A stretch of DNA of 64,000 nt, from positions 10,482 through 74,481 of the forward strand of contig MU053209.1 of assembly GCA_013239625.1 (NCBI GenBank), read 5' to 3'. This document shows, piece by piece, positions 38,084 to 52,200 of this stretch. Position 1 is the stretch's first letter; every line of letters starts with the position of its first letter. The notes beneath the pieces were generated by a model, which was not told where the DNA came from, did no database searches, and saw nothing but the letters and a program-made list of their open reading frames with translations. The stretch comes from Lama guanicoe (taxonomy: Eukaryota). The translations under genes and the position numbers were made by a program.

Positions 38084-38398
38084 CAGTAGACCCTTCATGT
38101 CCACCGGCTTCCAATCCATGGATTCAACCAATTGGGGATCAGAAATATTGAGGAAATAAAATATTTCAGAAAGTTCCAGCAAGTAAAACTTGAATTTTCC
38201 ACACGCAGAAACTAATTATATAGCATTTACTTTGCCTTGGGTATTATAAGCAATCTGGAGATGATTTAAAGTGTGCAAGAAGATGCCCATTGATTATATG
38301 CAAACATTACAGCATTTTATAAGGGACCTGAGCGTCCTCGGATTTTGGTATCTGTGGAGGTCCTGGAACGAACCCCCCTAGCACACTGAAGATGACTG
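38084..38398 (-). mobile_element. MER2/MER2B (TcMar-Tigger non-autonomous DNA transposon)
   Basis: CAGT...ACTG termini with TA on the right flank. 'atccatggattcaacca', 'gagatgatttaaagt', 'ggattttggtatctgtggaggtcctggaac'. Confidence 0.92.
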
Positions 38399-39949
38399 TA
38401 TTCTTGATATTGAGGATGCCACGATCCACTATTTAAACAAATATGTCCAATGTATGTTCTATGCAACTTTCCAGAATGAAATTATCTTTAGATGCCTGCA
38501 GAAGAGAGGTGAAGATTTAAACATTTTCTTAAGTCTTCATTTCCCCTTAACACAGTGCCCAGTACTTAATATGTGTTAAATGGATATGTAATTTGATGCA
38601 GTATTTGTTTATCATTTAAATATTTCTGTTCCAGTATTTAATTATAATTAAATATTGTAATAAATAACAGGAAATAAATAGGGTTCATCACTTGGACAGC
38701 TTGAACACATCTAATTCATACAGAAGGCTGAAGCCTTATGGTTTGTTTCTGCTGCTGTTATGAAGCCCTAATGTGGGTGATGGAAAAAAGTGTGTGATAG
38801 TTTGATAGTTTGTGTATCAAAGTACCTTTGTGTTACTAATAGTATTCTCTTCATCCCAATGCCAACAGCTTTAGACCAGATGGAAGGATGTTCATAGGAA
38901 AGAAACAGATGGAAACTGGAATCCCATTTTATGAGTTTAGTAAAATCAGTATTATGGAGATACATATATATGATTAATATTTTGAAGTGAACAACTCCCA
39001 GTTCACTGAGAGCAGTGATCTAGAGATTACATTACGAAAGGTAGGTAATCGTCTGTGTGTGCAAGTGGTCTAAACACGCAGACCAAGCAAAGTATCAAGA
39101 AAAACAGCAAAAATACCAAAACAGCGTTTACTTACTCCAGACATTTCAATCAGTCTGCCAACGGCCCCATCAGCCTGTTAATTGTCCAAGGCCTTTGACA
39201 GCCGGCAGCGGGCAGTACTGGAAAAATCAGAAGTTGCTCCCCTGCTAACATATCGTGTGAGCTCAGTGGTTCTTCCAAAGCTACTTTTCCTCTATAGTCA
39301 GGGAAGACGCCTCATTTTGTGATGACTTACAGATCCCCTCAGGCACGTGAGCAGCACCACATTCAGATACCCACAAGTGTGATATCAATGAAAAGTTTGA
39401 TGAAATAATGACTATCTGCCCCATATGTATGTAAGCCCTGCATGCTGCATTTAACAGTTACTGAGACCTGATGACACTCCAGACACACAGATTATCCCAC
39501 GTAGTCCTGACAACCACTCTCTAAACCAATCATGAGTATGAGCTTAATATTTTAGTCACAGAACCCAAGGTTTGAAGCCTTTTAATTTAACTCCCCAGCT
39601 CTGCCTCTAGCATCTAGATGAAGCCATTAGCATCATCTCCTGCTGCATCAATTACTCCCCACCCCATTCTCTTGATTCACCTTCTTCTAGAATTTAGCAC
39701 CTAACATCCTACTTTATATACGCTCATGATTTATTTATTGTCTCTCTTCCCTTTCATCATACCAATGCCAAATTTATGCCTTCTAGGTAGAAGAATGGGA
39801 TTTGATTGTAGGAAAAAAGTCTCTTGAAAACGTAATTTTTTTTTCCTGCCAGAAAGATGGTGATTTCAAATCCCGCAGTTAGAAGCTTTCAGCTCTGTGG
39901 TCACACTGGATTGAAGTTACTCCATAACTTGAGAATTTTACACTGGAGT

Positions 39950-40480
39950 TTAATCTAATTACTTATTTGATCAATGTATAAACATAAATTTATTGAGCAT
40001 AGCTTTATTTAAGGTAGTCTGTTAGGGGTATGGGAAATCAAGTTTAAAATATGATATTTCTGCCTTTAAGGAGCTTATAAGCTATAGAAAAGTAGGCTAC
40101 GACACTGGATTCTTATTCAAAAGATATGTTTACTCTGTCTGCCTACAGATGTTTAATGAGTGTCTGCTATGTGCCAGACATAGTTCTATTGCTAAACACA
40201 GAGACTCAAAAAAAGAGACGCCCTTCTCTGAATTCATTGAGCTTGTGTTCCAGTGGAGGGAGACCAACAGTGACAGTTAATACAGGCTGCCAGATGGAGA
40301 CATACGTTATGGGGAACAATAAAGCAGGGAAGGGATGGAACGGGGACCATCTTGGTATCTGGGCCATTTTAGATAAAATGGCCAAGGAAAACCTCATTAA
40401 TAAGGTGATATTTGAGCACACACCTGAGAGGATAAGAGAATGGATCATACAGACATGAAGAAAAAATAGCTTTTCATCAT
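39950..40480 (-). mobile_element. Two tandem L2 3' fragments
   Basis: 'atttattgagca' and 'tttaatgagtgtctgctatgtgccagaca...aaggtgatatttgagca'. Confidence 0.75.
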
Positions 40481-41087
40481 GAGGAAATAGAAATGGAGTT
40501 ATAACCCAAAATAGACAATCTTCACATGGGAGAAAACAATAGGTAATAACAGAATATTCAAAACCAGGGTAGTAAATAAAATTGTTGCCGTATTAAACAG
40601 TCATTTGTTCCTTTGGCTGCTGCTGTCTGGCTATTTCAAATGGGATGAAGGCAAAATAATCATAAATGTATTGTTCCCTAAGCTGTAAACTCACTGATCT
40701 CTGAGTCAACTTAACACCCTGAAAGGAGTCAGGGACAGAAGAAAGTTTCATCCAAACACGCAGTGTTGCCATGCATTGGATCATACCACCCTTCGGCTTT
40801 TTCCAGAAAACAAGTTTACCTCCAACATAATCTTGTGCATCACAGAAATCCTATCCAGAAATTCTGTCTTTAGCTATTTAATGACATTAAGATCTTTCAA
40901 ATTGAAAATTAATCTCTACCCTATGCTAAAAACAAAGAAAAGCTTAAACAGGCACATATTCTGAACATTTTCCAGGATTCTCTTGATGATTTTTTCTTCC
41001 ATTAAAATTAACACATTTTAGGGTTCATACATAGGCAGAAAACATCCTATAGAAACTAGGCCAAACACAAGAATTGAAAAAGCAAAG

Positions 41088-41168
41088 ACCCAGTGCAGTG
41101 CCTGACGTATGGTAGGACTCATTCATTTTTGTTGAATGAAGGAATGAATGAGTGAATGAATGAATAAT
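41088..41168 (+). mobile_element. L2 3' terminus with (TGAA)n tail
   Basis: 'cagtgcctgacgtatggtaggactcattcatttttgttgaatgaaggaatgaatg'. Confidence 0.8.
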
Positions 41169-42103
41169 GACAGGAGATACAATATTTAGATATTGGGAGG
41201 TTTAATGACAATTAAATTAATGTGCAATCCACTTGTTTACAGCCAATATATTTTCTTAATGACCCTCCACCTCTGTCATGTATCTATGTATTAATACACT
41301 GTCACAGGACACAGCACGCCTCTAATTTGTAGATTTTTCAACCTAACCTTGTCAATACTTTCTTGACATACTAGGAACTGTTTTAAAAAAATATAAATGA
41401 GACCAGAAGTGCAGAGCCAAGGTGAAATCTGGCTGGAGAGAAAAAAATATTTCTGGGATAAAAAGGAAAGATAACCTATATTAACTGAAAGTAAATTCAA
41501 AGGTAAATTATTAGTTTTGTTTCACTGCAGAAGATGGTGAAATGACTCTTTGATTTGTTCCCACAATATTCTTTTCTTTAAAACACACCCAACTACATGT
41601 CAATAAGGGCTTTATCCTCAAAGGAAGGGCTTTATCCTCAGTTCTTCTCTGCTAAGATTTTATGGCCAAGTCTTCTGACATACGATTTTTTTTTTAATTT
41701 AATAGTGTTCTGTAGCAGGTGGAAATTAGGCACTCCTCAGACCTAGCTCATTGGTTATACCAAAAAGGACACTGATAATTAAAGTTACGGTATTGAACTT
41801 TCATAGTCATTTTAGCTCTGATGTCTTTGATGGCCCCCACCTCTGATTTGTCTCTCACCAAAACTAAAAATATGGCATTGTGCACTTTTGATCATAAGGA
41901 CAGTGGGAGGAAGCTGTAGTTTCACTTCAACTTAAAAGAAAAACAAAATAGCTCAATTTAGAGCAGAGGCCTTATTCCTGGTGATTTATCTGTATCTTTC
42001 TACCAGAAAGGGCAGAGAATGGTCACTGTTACTAACATAAATAAAAAAGTTGTAAAACTAAACTACCATTTCAAAACATCTCTCCATGAGCATGACTACT
42101 AAG

Positions 42104-42251
42104 TTTTGATTTAAATACCAGTAAAAGTACAGCAGTAAACTCAATGGCTCGGCAAACCTAAAATAGAATACTTCTTAATTTTGATTTAAATACCAGTAAA
42201 AGTACAGCAGTAAACTCAATGGCTTGGCAAACCTAAAATAGAATATTTCTT
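42104..42251 (+). repeat. Tandem duplication, period 75 bp, 2 copies
   Basis: 42104-42176 vs 42179-42251, two C/T mismatches. Confidence 0.97.
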
Positions 42252-42454
42252 GTATCTTTCCTAGTGTTCAACTTCCTAAGTACATTGTCCTGTGAAACAG
42301 TCTAGAATTACCAATGCAAGGTCCACCTCCTTTTCCTTGTATTTCTCCATGCGTTCTAATTAAGATGTTCCATATTTATTTTAGTGGATTTTTGTGTTAC
42401 TTGGATTAAACCTAAACAGGAGCTAAGTCATCTTCCCCCACGTCCACTCCTGAA

Positions 42455-42995
42455 AGTTGTTTATTTTAAAAATACACAGAAATAATATCAACAGTACAAA
42501 GTATATACACAGAAAAATAATTCCTCCATCTATTCCAGAACGAATTCCCACTTTACAGATATTACCAGTATCACTGAAATATCAAAGTTCCATACATTGT
42601 TCCACAGTGTGCACATCTGTCTATGATACACACACATAAGTGCATGCACATGCACATGTGCAGTGAGTTTATTCATATATAGTTCCACAAATGAGAGAAC
42701 TTCTCACACATTATCATTTAATTGGCTTTTTGCCCACTCAAGCTTAACTCACATTTCATTTTCAAATGGTACTTTCAGTTATGCCTTACCCTTTTTGATA
42801 CCTGAAGGCTATTCTGTTTTAGGGTTTCTCTAGTAATTCATGTAGCTTTGTTCTAATGACTAATGCTGATGGACATTCCGGTTGTTTTAAGGTAGACGCC
42901 AATTACAAGGCCGAAATAATATCTTGTGCATACAATTTTGCCTTTATATGCTAGTGTATCAGGATACATTTACAGAAGTAGAACTGATGTGGTAA
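42455..42995 (-). mobile_element. L1ME-like 3' end
   Basis: 'gctgatggacattccggttgtttt', 'aatatcttgtgcatac', 'ggatacatttacagaagtagaactg'. Confidence 0.7.
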
Positions 42996-44149
42996 TTGAT
43001 TGCTTTTGTTTTGTTTTGTAGCACATGTTGTAGTGAACAATGAAAGTGACTCATGAGACCCAAGATGAGATTCTCATAGCTTAAAATAGATGTTTAATAG
43101 AATTGTACCAACACCTTTATATCGTCTGTGGCATATCCAGCCTTACCTCCTAGTTAGCTGTCTATTATAATGAAAAGATTGGCTATTTGATGTCTGAATT
43201 TTATTTGATTTGGAAAAGCCCTTTGATTAAATAATTTGATCAAATAATGTACTCAGTGTTAAGAATATGATCCTACTAAACTGCATTTAATTTTGATTTC
43301 ATCTCTTAAGAAATCAAAATGTGACATAGATGGTACCTCCCATGCAGCCCTGATTACAGCTTCCAAGAGGGCAAGTGTAGTGGTAATTGTCTCATTATTT
43401 CCACTGCATGTCGCACGGTGATTTGTAGACTCATTAATTCCTCCCTGAGTTGAAAACAGTATATTACCTTCTCAAAGAGACCTTAATGTTAGAAATGGAA
43501 AAAAAAACATGTTCTATAACAGTGAGGAATATTCACTATATATCTTTTTTTTTTTAATTCCTGTGCTTTGCACAATATCTAACTAGTACAGAATAGTCAG
43601 CCTGAAAAAGTGTGGATTTATGGTTTCCTCTTTCAAGACTCAGAAAAAACAGTATTAAATTTAATTATCAACAGGGCATCTTTCTTCATCATAACTTTAC
43701 ACATTTATCATCTTTCCAAGCTTGGGGGCACAATTAGTACTTAGGTATGCATCGATGGTAAAGAGGAAAACAGGTAAAGGGTTTATGAGAAATTAAAGAG
43801 CATAAATCATATTAATCTCACAATAATTGTTCCAAATGTCATTCTAAAATGTTGTATCTGCAGTATCTGTTTAAGCAAAAAGAAAGATAAGTGTTTCAAT
43901 GGCATGTCAAAAACTGGGTAAGTGAAATGCCACTTTTAATGCATGTGAAAATTATACAAGTATGAGATGAATTTTATTATTTAAAAGATGAAGATTGGGT
44001 GAAGGACTCAGTAAAGCCTTGAAGGTATTGTATCTCATATACCAACAGAGATGATGAGAGTCATGGCTACCCATTAAAGAAAAAAAGGGGAAATCTTTGA
44101 GTAGAGCAAGTAAAAGCTAACTACAAAAAAGATGTTTAAGAAGATTTCT

Positions 44150-45285
44150 GCTGTCATCTGGTGTGACTGAGGACAGTGGAATAGCTTATTTCAGAGTAAC
44201 TCTTTGGTAAAATTCAACCAGAAAAAAATTTGAAAAAAATATTAAAATAAGAAAAAATTTTAAAACAACTGTTTGAAGATGCTGGGAGGCGCCAAGACAG
44301 TTAGGAGTTGGAGGACCAAGATCCCAGAAACAAGGGAGGCCCAGAGAAGAGAATCCAGCACTTGGTATAGCTTTCACTCTTGAGAAATTGAGAAACTTAG
44401 AAGTTGCGAAGAAAGTAGAAGCTTGAAAATGAAGGACGTAACCAGAGCTTTCGATGGCCTCACAGACCCGGGAGAGTATTCTGATTTCAGGGTCCTCTGA
44501 GGAAGAGGGCTGCTGGTAAAGCCCTCAGGCTTTCTGCTTAAACCTCTAGGGGGCTGAATCACAAGGTGTTAGAGGAACTAAAACTGGAGCAACCCCCGGA
44601 ACAAATGCTGCAAAATCACTGTCGACCTCTAAATGTACACCAAGTCAAAGTATTATCTGAAAATATTATTTTAAATTGGGCACCAAGCAAAGATATTTTT
44701 AGACAAACGACAACTGAGAGAATTCATTATCCATAGGCCAAAACCAAAGAAAATGCTACAGTGATTTTTAGTCAGAAGGAAAATAATCCAAGATGGATGC
44801 GTGCTGATATATGACGAATGATAAGCAAAACAAAGATTAAATATCTGAAGAAATCAAAATGAATACACACTAATTCACACACTAATAACAACAGCTTGTG
44901 TGATCTGAAACATAAATATAGTTAAAATACGTAGCAGTAGTAAGTTAAAAGGCAAGAGGCATTAAATAAATTTGAAATATTAAGAAATGTATAAAAATAT
45001 TAATTGCTAATAGAGTTTAGTTGATGAAGCGTGTTGTAATTTCTATGATGTTGGTATAAAATTGTAAAAAGATGAATACTGAGAAAGTTAATAGAGGAGA
45101 AAAATAATCAAAATAACTTAAAGAAGTAAAAATAATATAGTACACATAGAGCGAACAGGTAGATTTAAACTTAAGTATGTTAGTAATTACATTGTGTAAG
45201 TGGCTTAAAAATGGTGCTTAAATTTATATGTAAAATAATCCAATCATCAGAGTCCTTGCAATCTACTCTTGCAAATATAAGGAAA
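44150..45285 (+). mobile_element. Old L1M remnant: 5'UTR-like part, ORF1 end, inter-ORF and ORF2 start
   Basis: 'aaagatatttttagacaaacgacaactgagagaattcatt' (ORF1 end); 'atgttagtaattacattgtgtaagtggcttaaa' (ORF2 endonuclease start). Confidence 0.65.
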
Positions 45286-46149
45286 AGGGGCGATTAAATT
45301 TCAGTGAAAACTAGAATGAAGAGCAAGGAGAGGGACATACACAGTGCAGAAAAGGAGAAGAAAAGCAAAAGAAGAAAAAGTAAGGGAAAATGAGCATTGG
45401 AAAAGGGGGAGAGGGCAGATGGGTGGGAAAAGAAGAGACCACATATAAAACGAAGAGTTGAGCCATCTATGGCAAAATTTACCTTCATTTCATAATCAGA
45501 AAAAGAAATAAAATAATCCAACCTCTTGTTAGCATTTTTAGATATTCTTTGCAAATGTCTAGTAATACTGGCTTCAAAGTTTTCATTTATCTTGTATTTT
45601 AAAGCTAATTGAAAAAACTCTCCACGAGAGATGAAAAAGATACTCCTTTATCCCAGAAAACATTTTTTTTAAAATACAATGCATAACATTCTGCAACATT
45701 CAAGATATTCATAGTAAAAGTCTATAGCATGGCCTGACATTTTGATAGATAGCTCAGATTATCCGCTAGAAAAGAGCAAAGCGCCTCTCTCCTCTTCACG
45801 GGTTTACTCTAAGGTTTCACTTTTTTAGCTTCATCAGTCATGTGGTACATGAAGAAATATGATACCCAGGTTTAGAATAAAGGACAGATGTCTTCTCGTG
45901 CACTATACAGTATGGACTTACTCAAAAGACCTTGCAAAGTTCAACTTGGGATTCCACTGCTTTAAATTAATGCCCTAAGTAGGCTGGGCACAGTGAACTT
46001 GGAGTGGGGAGAAGAAGAAGATATGAAGAGGCCAATGAGGTAGTTAGTTTAGCCGCTATATCAAGGATGGTCTTAGAGTCCAAATACCTGAAGTCACAGC
46101 ATTTCTAGAACTAGGAAAGCCTTATTATTCATCTATGGTAACTTGTTAA

Positions 46150-46920
46150 TTCATTTGTCAGACAGAATTTATTTCATGTTTACTTTTTATCAGGTTCTTT
46201 TTTCGGTGTTGGAAATTGAAAATGCAAATATCCCTACTGACCCTCAGATACCTGTATGAAATAAAACAGTGTAAGTAAAACATCACAGACGTGCATACAC
46301 AATGCAGTGGAATCACAAAGAAGTTGCTGATTGAATTTAAAGGGATGAAACGGGTCAGAAAACATCTTATGGAAAAGTCAGCTTGAATGGAATTCTGTGA
46401 CTTAGCAGATGCTGTCCAGTTGGGCAAAAAGAAAAGGGAATTCAGTTAAGAGCAGATGCCACGAGGTATGGAAGGATTGTGGGAAAGGAGAGATGTTGGA
46501 GAGGTGGCAAGATGTACAGGATCCTTGGCATGCTACTCTAGGCAGTTTAGATACCTCATCATCCCATAGAAAATGCAGAGCTTCTGAATTACTAACATGG
46601 GGTGGGGGTGCATGACTAAAAGTGGATTTTATCTAGATGACTATGGGAAAAAGACCAGGGGTAAATTTGAAGAGTGTGAGATTCCAGGGAAGGAGACCCA
46701 TTAGGCAATTAAAGATTATCACAATAATCCAAAATTACACTTGTTGGGGATAAAGCATTTTGGGAATGAGAGAAGCTGGAGATGGAGAAGACACACACTA
46801 GAGGCTGTACAAAGAAATCTTATGCATAGTGAGGATGTGATTTTTTAAAAAAATATTATCAAGTGATGTACATTTTTATCAAATCACTAATTTCCAGGAT
46901 TGCGTAACTAAGTGGGAAGT
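46150..46920 (-). mobile_element. Degraded L2 fragment
   Basis: Antisense L2-like purine-rich sequence, 'ggagacccattaggca...caataatcca'. Confidence 0.55.
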
Positions 46921-47783
46921 CAGTTATTTTCAAAATTAATTCCCTACTTCTGTATAAATACTGTTAAGTATATACATATACAATATAAATACTGTTAGAT
47001 GCAGAGATATCTGGATTAACGAGCAAATTTGTGCTTTAAATATAATCTGTCATTAAGCAAATAATTTCCATCATGGGATATCAACCGTGCTAGTGAAAAA
47101 AATAAAATTTTGAAATCCCAGTCAGTCCCTTCCCACCTGCCCCGCCCCCTTGCCCTGGCTCTCTCTTTTATCTGTTCTATATGTTATGCCAAAATTAGCA
47201 ACTGCTCGTGACATACTTTATGTCGGCAGAAGCGGGTATGCATGTATGCGAGGGGCAGGCGGTCGCTTAAAGAAGGGAGAGGCTATTATTTCACTTTCAT
47301 TTCTGCATATACGCCTTCTTCATCTTAAAGGAGAAGAAAAACTATTGAAGTGATCAAATTCCAGATGGGAGCACTATTAAAAATGGTGAGAGAGAAGATC
47401 ATTTTTTTTATCAAATTAACTCTGGCTAAATATTTAATAATATATACTTATGAAAATTGCCCACATTCACTTTTTTGAGTGGATAGATTTTATTTATGAA
47501 ACTAAATGAATGAAACTCAAACTGCATTTTAGCTTAAAATGCTTTGAGTAAAGCTAGGGGAATTTACATATTAAAAGTGTATGAAGAAAAATAATGTTAA
47601 TAAGCAGGGTTTGAATACATGCAGAAATTCCTTGCCTTATAATGAAGTCAGTGTCTTAAAAAATAGCAATGTTAATACCCTCTTGATCATCTCTCAGGGA
47701 ATGCTAAACATATTAATAGTGAAAGAAAGTTCCAGAGCTGAGTTTCCAAGGGTCTTTCAACATAAATTGTATCATTTGTCCAA

Positions 47784-47879
47784 NNNNNNNNNNNNNNNNN
47801 NNNNNNNNNNNNNNNNNNNNNNNNNNNNNNNNNNNNNNNNNNNNNNNNNNNNNNNNNNNNNNNNNNNNNNNNNNNNNNN
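47784..47879. other. Assembly gap (96 N)
   Basis: Run of N. Confidence 1.
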
Positions 47880-49021
47880 TTTAGGTTAATTGTCTATTTT
47901 TTCACTGCAAAAATCTTACTCCAGAGTATTGGCTTAATAAGTTTGCTGGATGACTGAACCAGAAAACAAATTTCAGTATCTCAAGAATGTGTGGAAAGGC
48001 AGTGTGATAAACTAAGATAGTACAATGATTTTCTTTTACCGATGATCACCAATTGTGATATAAGATAATACAATGGAAATTAAATGTAAGAGAAACATAC
48101 ACGGCCAAGTGAACTGGGAAATAATATAATGTGCGGGTACCATTACAAGGCACCATGTATACATTGAGAAAAAATTGAGAGCAAACTCAGCACACTGAGT
48201 GTTTTGCCACAAGACTAGAGACTTGACACTTCTCTAAAGTAATCACATGCTACCAGCAACTCCACGTTGGTCACAGTTTTCTCCGAATTAAATAGTTGCC
48301 ATCTGGCAAGGGACAACTCACTCTTTTGGTATGGTCTTGTAGCCTAGAGTATTGCAAGGCATTTTTGAGTCATTTTCAGAATTCTCAAAGTACTTCCCTG
48401 TGGTGAGAAGCAAATATTGAAACCTTATTTCACATCTGGAGATTGAAGAATAAACTTATGAAAGGAATTATTTATTTAAAGTTAAGCAGCAATGATAAAG
48501 TGCAGCAAGATATTGACTTTTGAGCTTTGTTGTAGTAAGCAATGAAATGCGTACTTTTGGAGACGAGTTTAATGACTGATCATGAAAAATGTTTCAAATG
48601 CAATAAAACCTCACATGAACGCTGTCATTAAGATGAAACTGATGAATGCAGTGCATTTGGATGTTTATCAACTTACCTATTTGGGTGAACATTTACCTTT
48701 AAATTATTACAGTAACCTAGAAAAAAAAACAATGAAGGATATTTGAGGGAGTAGTCCCATCTTTTAAAATCTATCATTACTCTTCATTTGTCAGATGACT
48801 CCCTTTCTGATCCTATTTGGATAAAATGCTAGTAGAAGGCAGACGTTCAGAAAATAGCAGTCTTCTAAAGAGAAGCTTCAGTGTTAGCTCCAATGATCTC
48901 TGCATGTTTCAAGGATCCCAGACTGTGTTGGGTATGAATATGCAAAGGATAGAGGGTTCTGTGTTAAACACATCCACGTGGCGGGAGGGGCTGAGTCTGT
49001 GATTGAGACAATAGCCAAAAA

Positions 49022-49248
49022 CAATGGTTTTTGACTATGAGTGTATTTTACCTTGGGACTCTTGACAATGTCTGGACAAGGACATTCAAGACAATGCCAA
49101 GACAGGGGGCAGGGCATGCAACCAGCATCTATATGAAGTGAGTCGAAGCCAGGGAAGCTGCTGAGCGTCCTACAGTGCACAGGAACACCCCCACAACAGA
49201 GCCTGACCCAGCCCAAAGCGCCGACGATGCAGAGGCTGAAAATCCCCG
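49022..49248 (+). mobile_element. MER20 (hAT-Charlie DNA transposon)
   Basis: 'caatgtctgga', 'gccagggaagctgctgagcgtcctacagtgcacagga', 'cccccacaaca'; full ~220 bp length. Confidence 0.9.
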
Positions 49249-52200
49249 GTCACAGGTCAGGGCTCTAAGAATTAGTCAGCGGCTAACACAGAACATGTGA
49301 ATGAGAATGAGCAACGGAGCCCTCAATACATCCAGTATTTCTTGAGGGCCAGTCCAGGAATAAGAGTAAATAAAAATTGTGCCAAACTATTGTTGAAGTA
49401 ATTGTTCATTATTGTACAATATGCCTTTCGGAAGACTAGTGTGATAATGTTTTTCTCATAATTACTAATGGGAAATATTTTTCCCTCTCTGAAATTATTT
49501 ATTTTTTGAGAATCATTTTTCCCCTTAATTTTGCCTTGACAAAAATATGAAGGATTTATATTATCATATGACACAGTCTAAGGACTGCTTTAACTTAGCT
49601 CGCTGGTGTCTGGGTTGCCTAGATCCTCTCTACATATTCCCTTCTCACATCAGCAATCTTACCCCATTTCCTGCCTTTTATGTTATTTCGTACATAAACT
49701 AGAGGAATCAATTGTACGCTCACCTAGGATAAATAATTCAAAGAGTTCTTAGGATTTTGTACTCTTAATTAAATTCTAAATTAAGAAACTTACCCTTGAA
49801 TATAAACTTAGAATTGTTATGAAATCATTAAGGTCTAAAGAGTTGTAATAAAAGTATTATTCATCATAAAACACTGCTAATTTGCCAGCTTGTCGAAGTT
49901 CTAATTGTTTAATGTTACTAACAGAAAAAAAAAGAACAAAAAAAAGGGAGAAATACTGATTAGAAAACTTATACTGAACATGTGAAGATGGAAGAGAGAT
50001 TAAGAAAAGTATATTTCAAAATTATAATTGTTACATAGAATAACCCGAAGAAGCATGCCCTCCCTTTTGACATTAAGAGGCTTTCTAAGGCAGAACAGAT
50101 GGATTTGGGAGATGGGACACTGGAGATTACCTGACTTAGGAGGAGGCAGAGAGGTGACTCTTGGGCAGTGTGTCTCAGGAGCCCCAAGAGAGACAAAGAC
50201 ACACTAGGAGAACACACCTGGTTAGAGCTGTTAACAGTATATTAACACTTGTCATCACTCCCCACGCTTAAGAGAAAACAGAGAATTCTACAGCATGGAA
50301 ACTTATCTGCAAGCGTGCCGGCCTGCTGCCGTGGGCTTTGCTGCTCTCGCTCAGGTCTATGGCTTGGTCCTAACTGTAGCCTGACCAGACAGGCGTTTCC
50401 AGATGATCGCTCTTTTTCTCTAGCTAATCCTACAATAGCTCAAACTCCACCTACAGCATATAACCAGGAACACATTTGAACAGAAAATATGCAAATTTTT
50501 CAAACTTATTTTAGCACTCTTTTCAACTATTCTAAAGGCACAATTAAGAAATCAAGGCAAACAAATAGAAAATTCACAAAGAGGGGATTCAAGTGAAGGT
50601 AACAAGAGTGGCGTTTCTTTGGTACGATTTGAGTGTGAAAAATCAACGTAAGAGTGGCTGAGTAGAGTCTCTCAAACCATGAACCACTGTCAAGTTGGCC
50701 AGTTTAATAAATAAAACTTTTTAAGATAACCCCTTAAAAAGGCTTGAACAAACTCACTAGACTGTGACCTTATTAATTACATGCCTATGTAATTTACATG
50801 TACTGTGAAATCATACTCTTACTATATCAGCATAGTCTTTTAATGGCTGTTTTTTGTAGTTTTATATTGCTTATTATTTGAATTCTTTATATTCCAGTTC
50901 ATTGTTTCTGTTCTTAATTGTACTCATCACAATCACTCCTTCCTTCAACCTAAATTATTTTCTAGTTCCTGTTATTTCAGATTTCTTCTTTGAATTTAAA
51001 TGCTTAATAGTTAGATACATTCATGGACACTTCAAAAAAAAACTTTAATTTTTCTGGTTTTCTCTCTTTCCAACAGTTCTTAACTCAATGCCAAAGCAGT
51101 GCTACACTCATCTTCTTAGATTTTCACTGTGTGACACAGTTCTCTGTGAAGAGATATGTTAAATATAAAGTTGTAAAGAGATATTTATCTTTAATGTTGA
51201 CTCATTCAGAAAGATGCTGTATCAAAGCTTTTTTTTCCTACCATCAGATGATGATCATTGGCTAAGTTTAACTTACCTGTATCCACAGAAATACACAAAT
51301 TGTTTGATGTGAACTTGCCTTTTTAAGGTAAATAATTCAGGAGTTAGATTTTCAAGTAACTTCCAGGTAGACCAAAAATTAGGTGGGACTTCCTGCCATG
51401 GCTATTATTTCTCAGGTTAGATAAGATTGATACAAAGAAGCACTAAGGAGACGAATTCTACACACTGACCTCCCAAGGTCTTAAAAGTAACATTATTTCT
51501 GCCAAAAAAAAAAGAAAAAGTTCAAGGGCCAAGGTATGGGCATCTAGAAGAAAAAATAAAATAGCACTAATGGAAACAAGACTTTTATTTTTCTATAAGC
51601 TAAGACTCCATGTGTCCAGTAGATGTCAGAGCAATTGAGAAAAGGGGATAATAGCAAAAAAAATTTCCAGAGATTGTAACATCTTTAGGTTCTACAAATA
51701 CCGAAATGTAACAGAAGCAATGATGTTAGAAGATACAGATACAACATTCAAATGCCAAATTTAACCATCATCTGCCACCGGTTTGCGTATTATAATGCAC
51801 ACATATTTCACAAATCAGCTTACTGAGAGAAATGATAATGACTTCTCTTCTCCCAGGTGAAGGAAGTTTTATGCATCCCAAAGATAATTTAAGTATTTAA
51901 CAGATGATTCTATTATTAAAATGAGGAAGCAAGGTCCTCTACTGTGCCCTGGAGAAGAATGCGGTCTCAGCCCCCTCCCCTTTCCTCTCTACTCCATTTT
52001 CCACCTTGATGAGGGAACTCCTTGAAGCTTCCTGACAAACTGAAGCTTCTTGATCACACTGGGCTCGTTCTCAAGACACATCCAAACTCAGCCTCCTTTA
52101 CCACACCAACCCCTTAATGACTGGAATTGAATATGTTTCCTTAACCCACAGGTGTGTGTGGGGGGTGGGGGGGAGCAGGGCTGTTTATCGGTGGGAAACA

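Noticed and set aside
41605..41640. 20-bp period duplication AAGGGCTTTATCCTCA
   Set aside because: Trivial local duplication.
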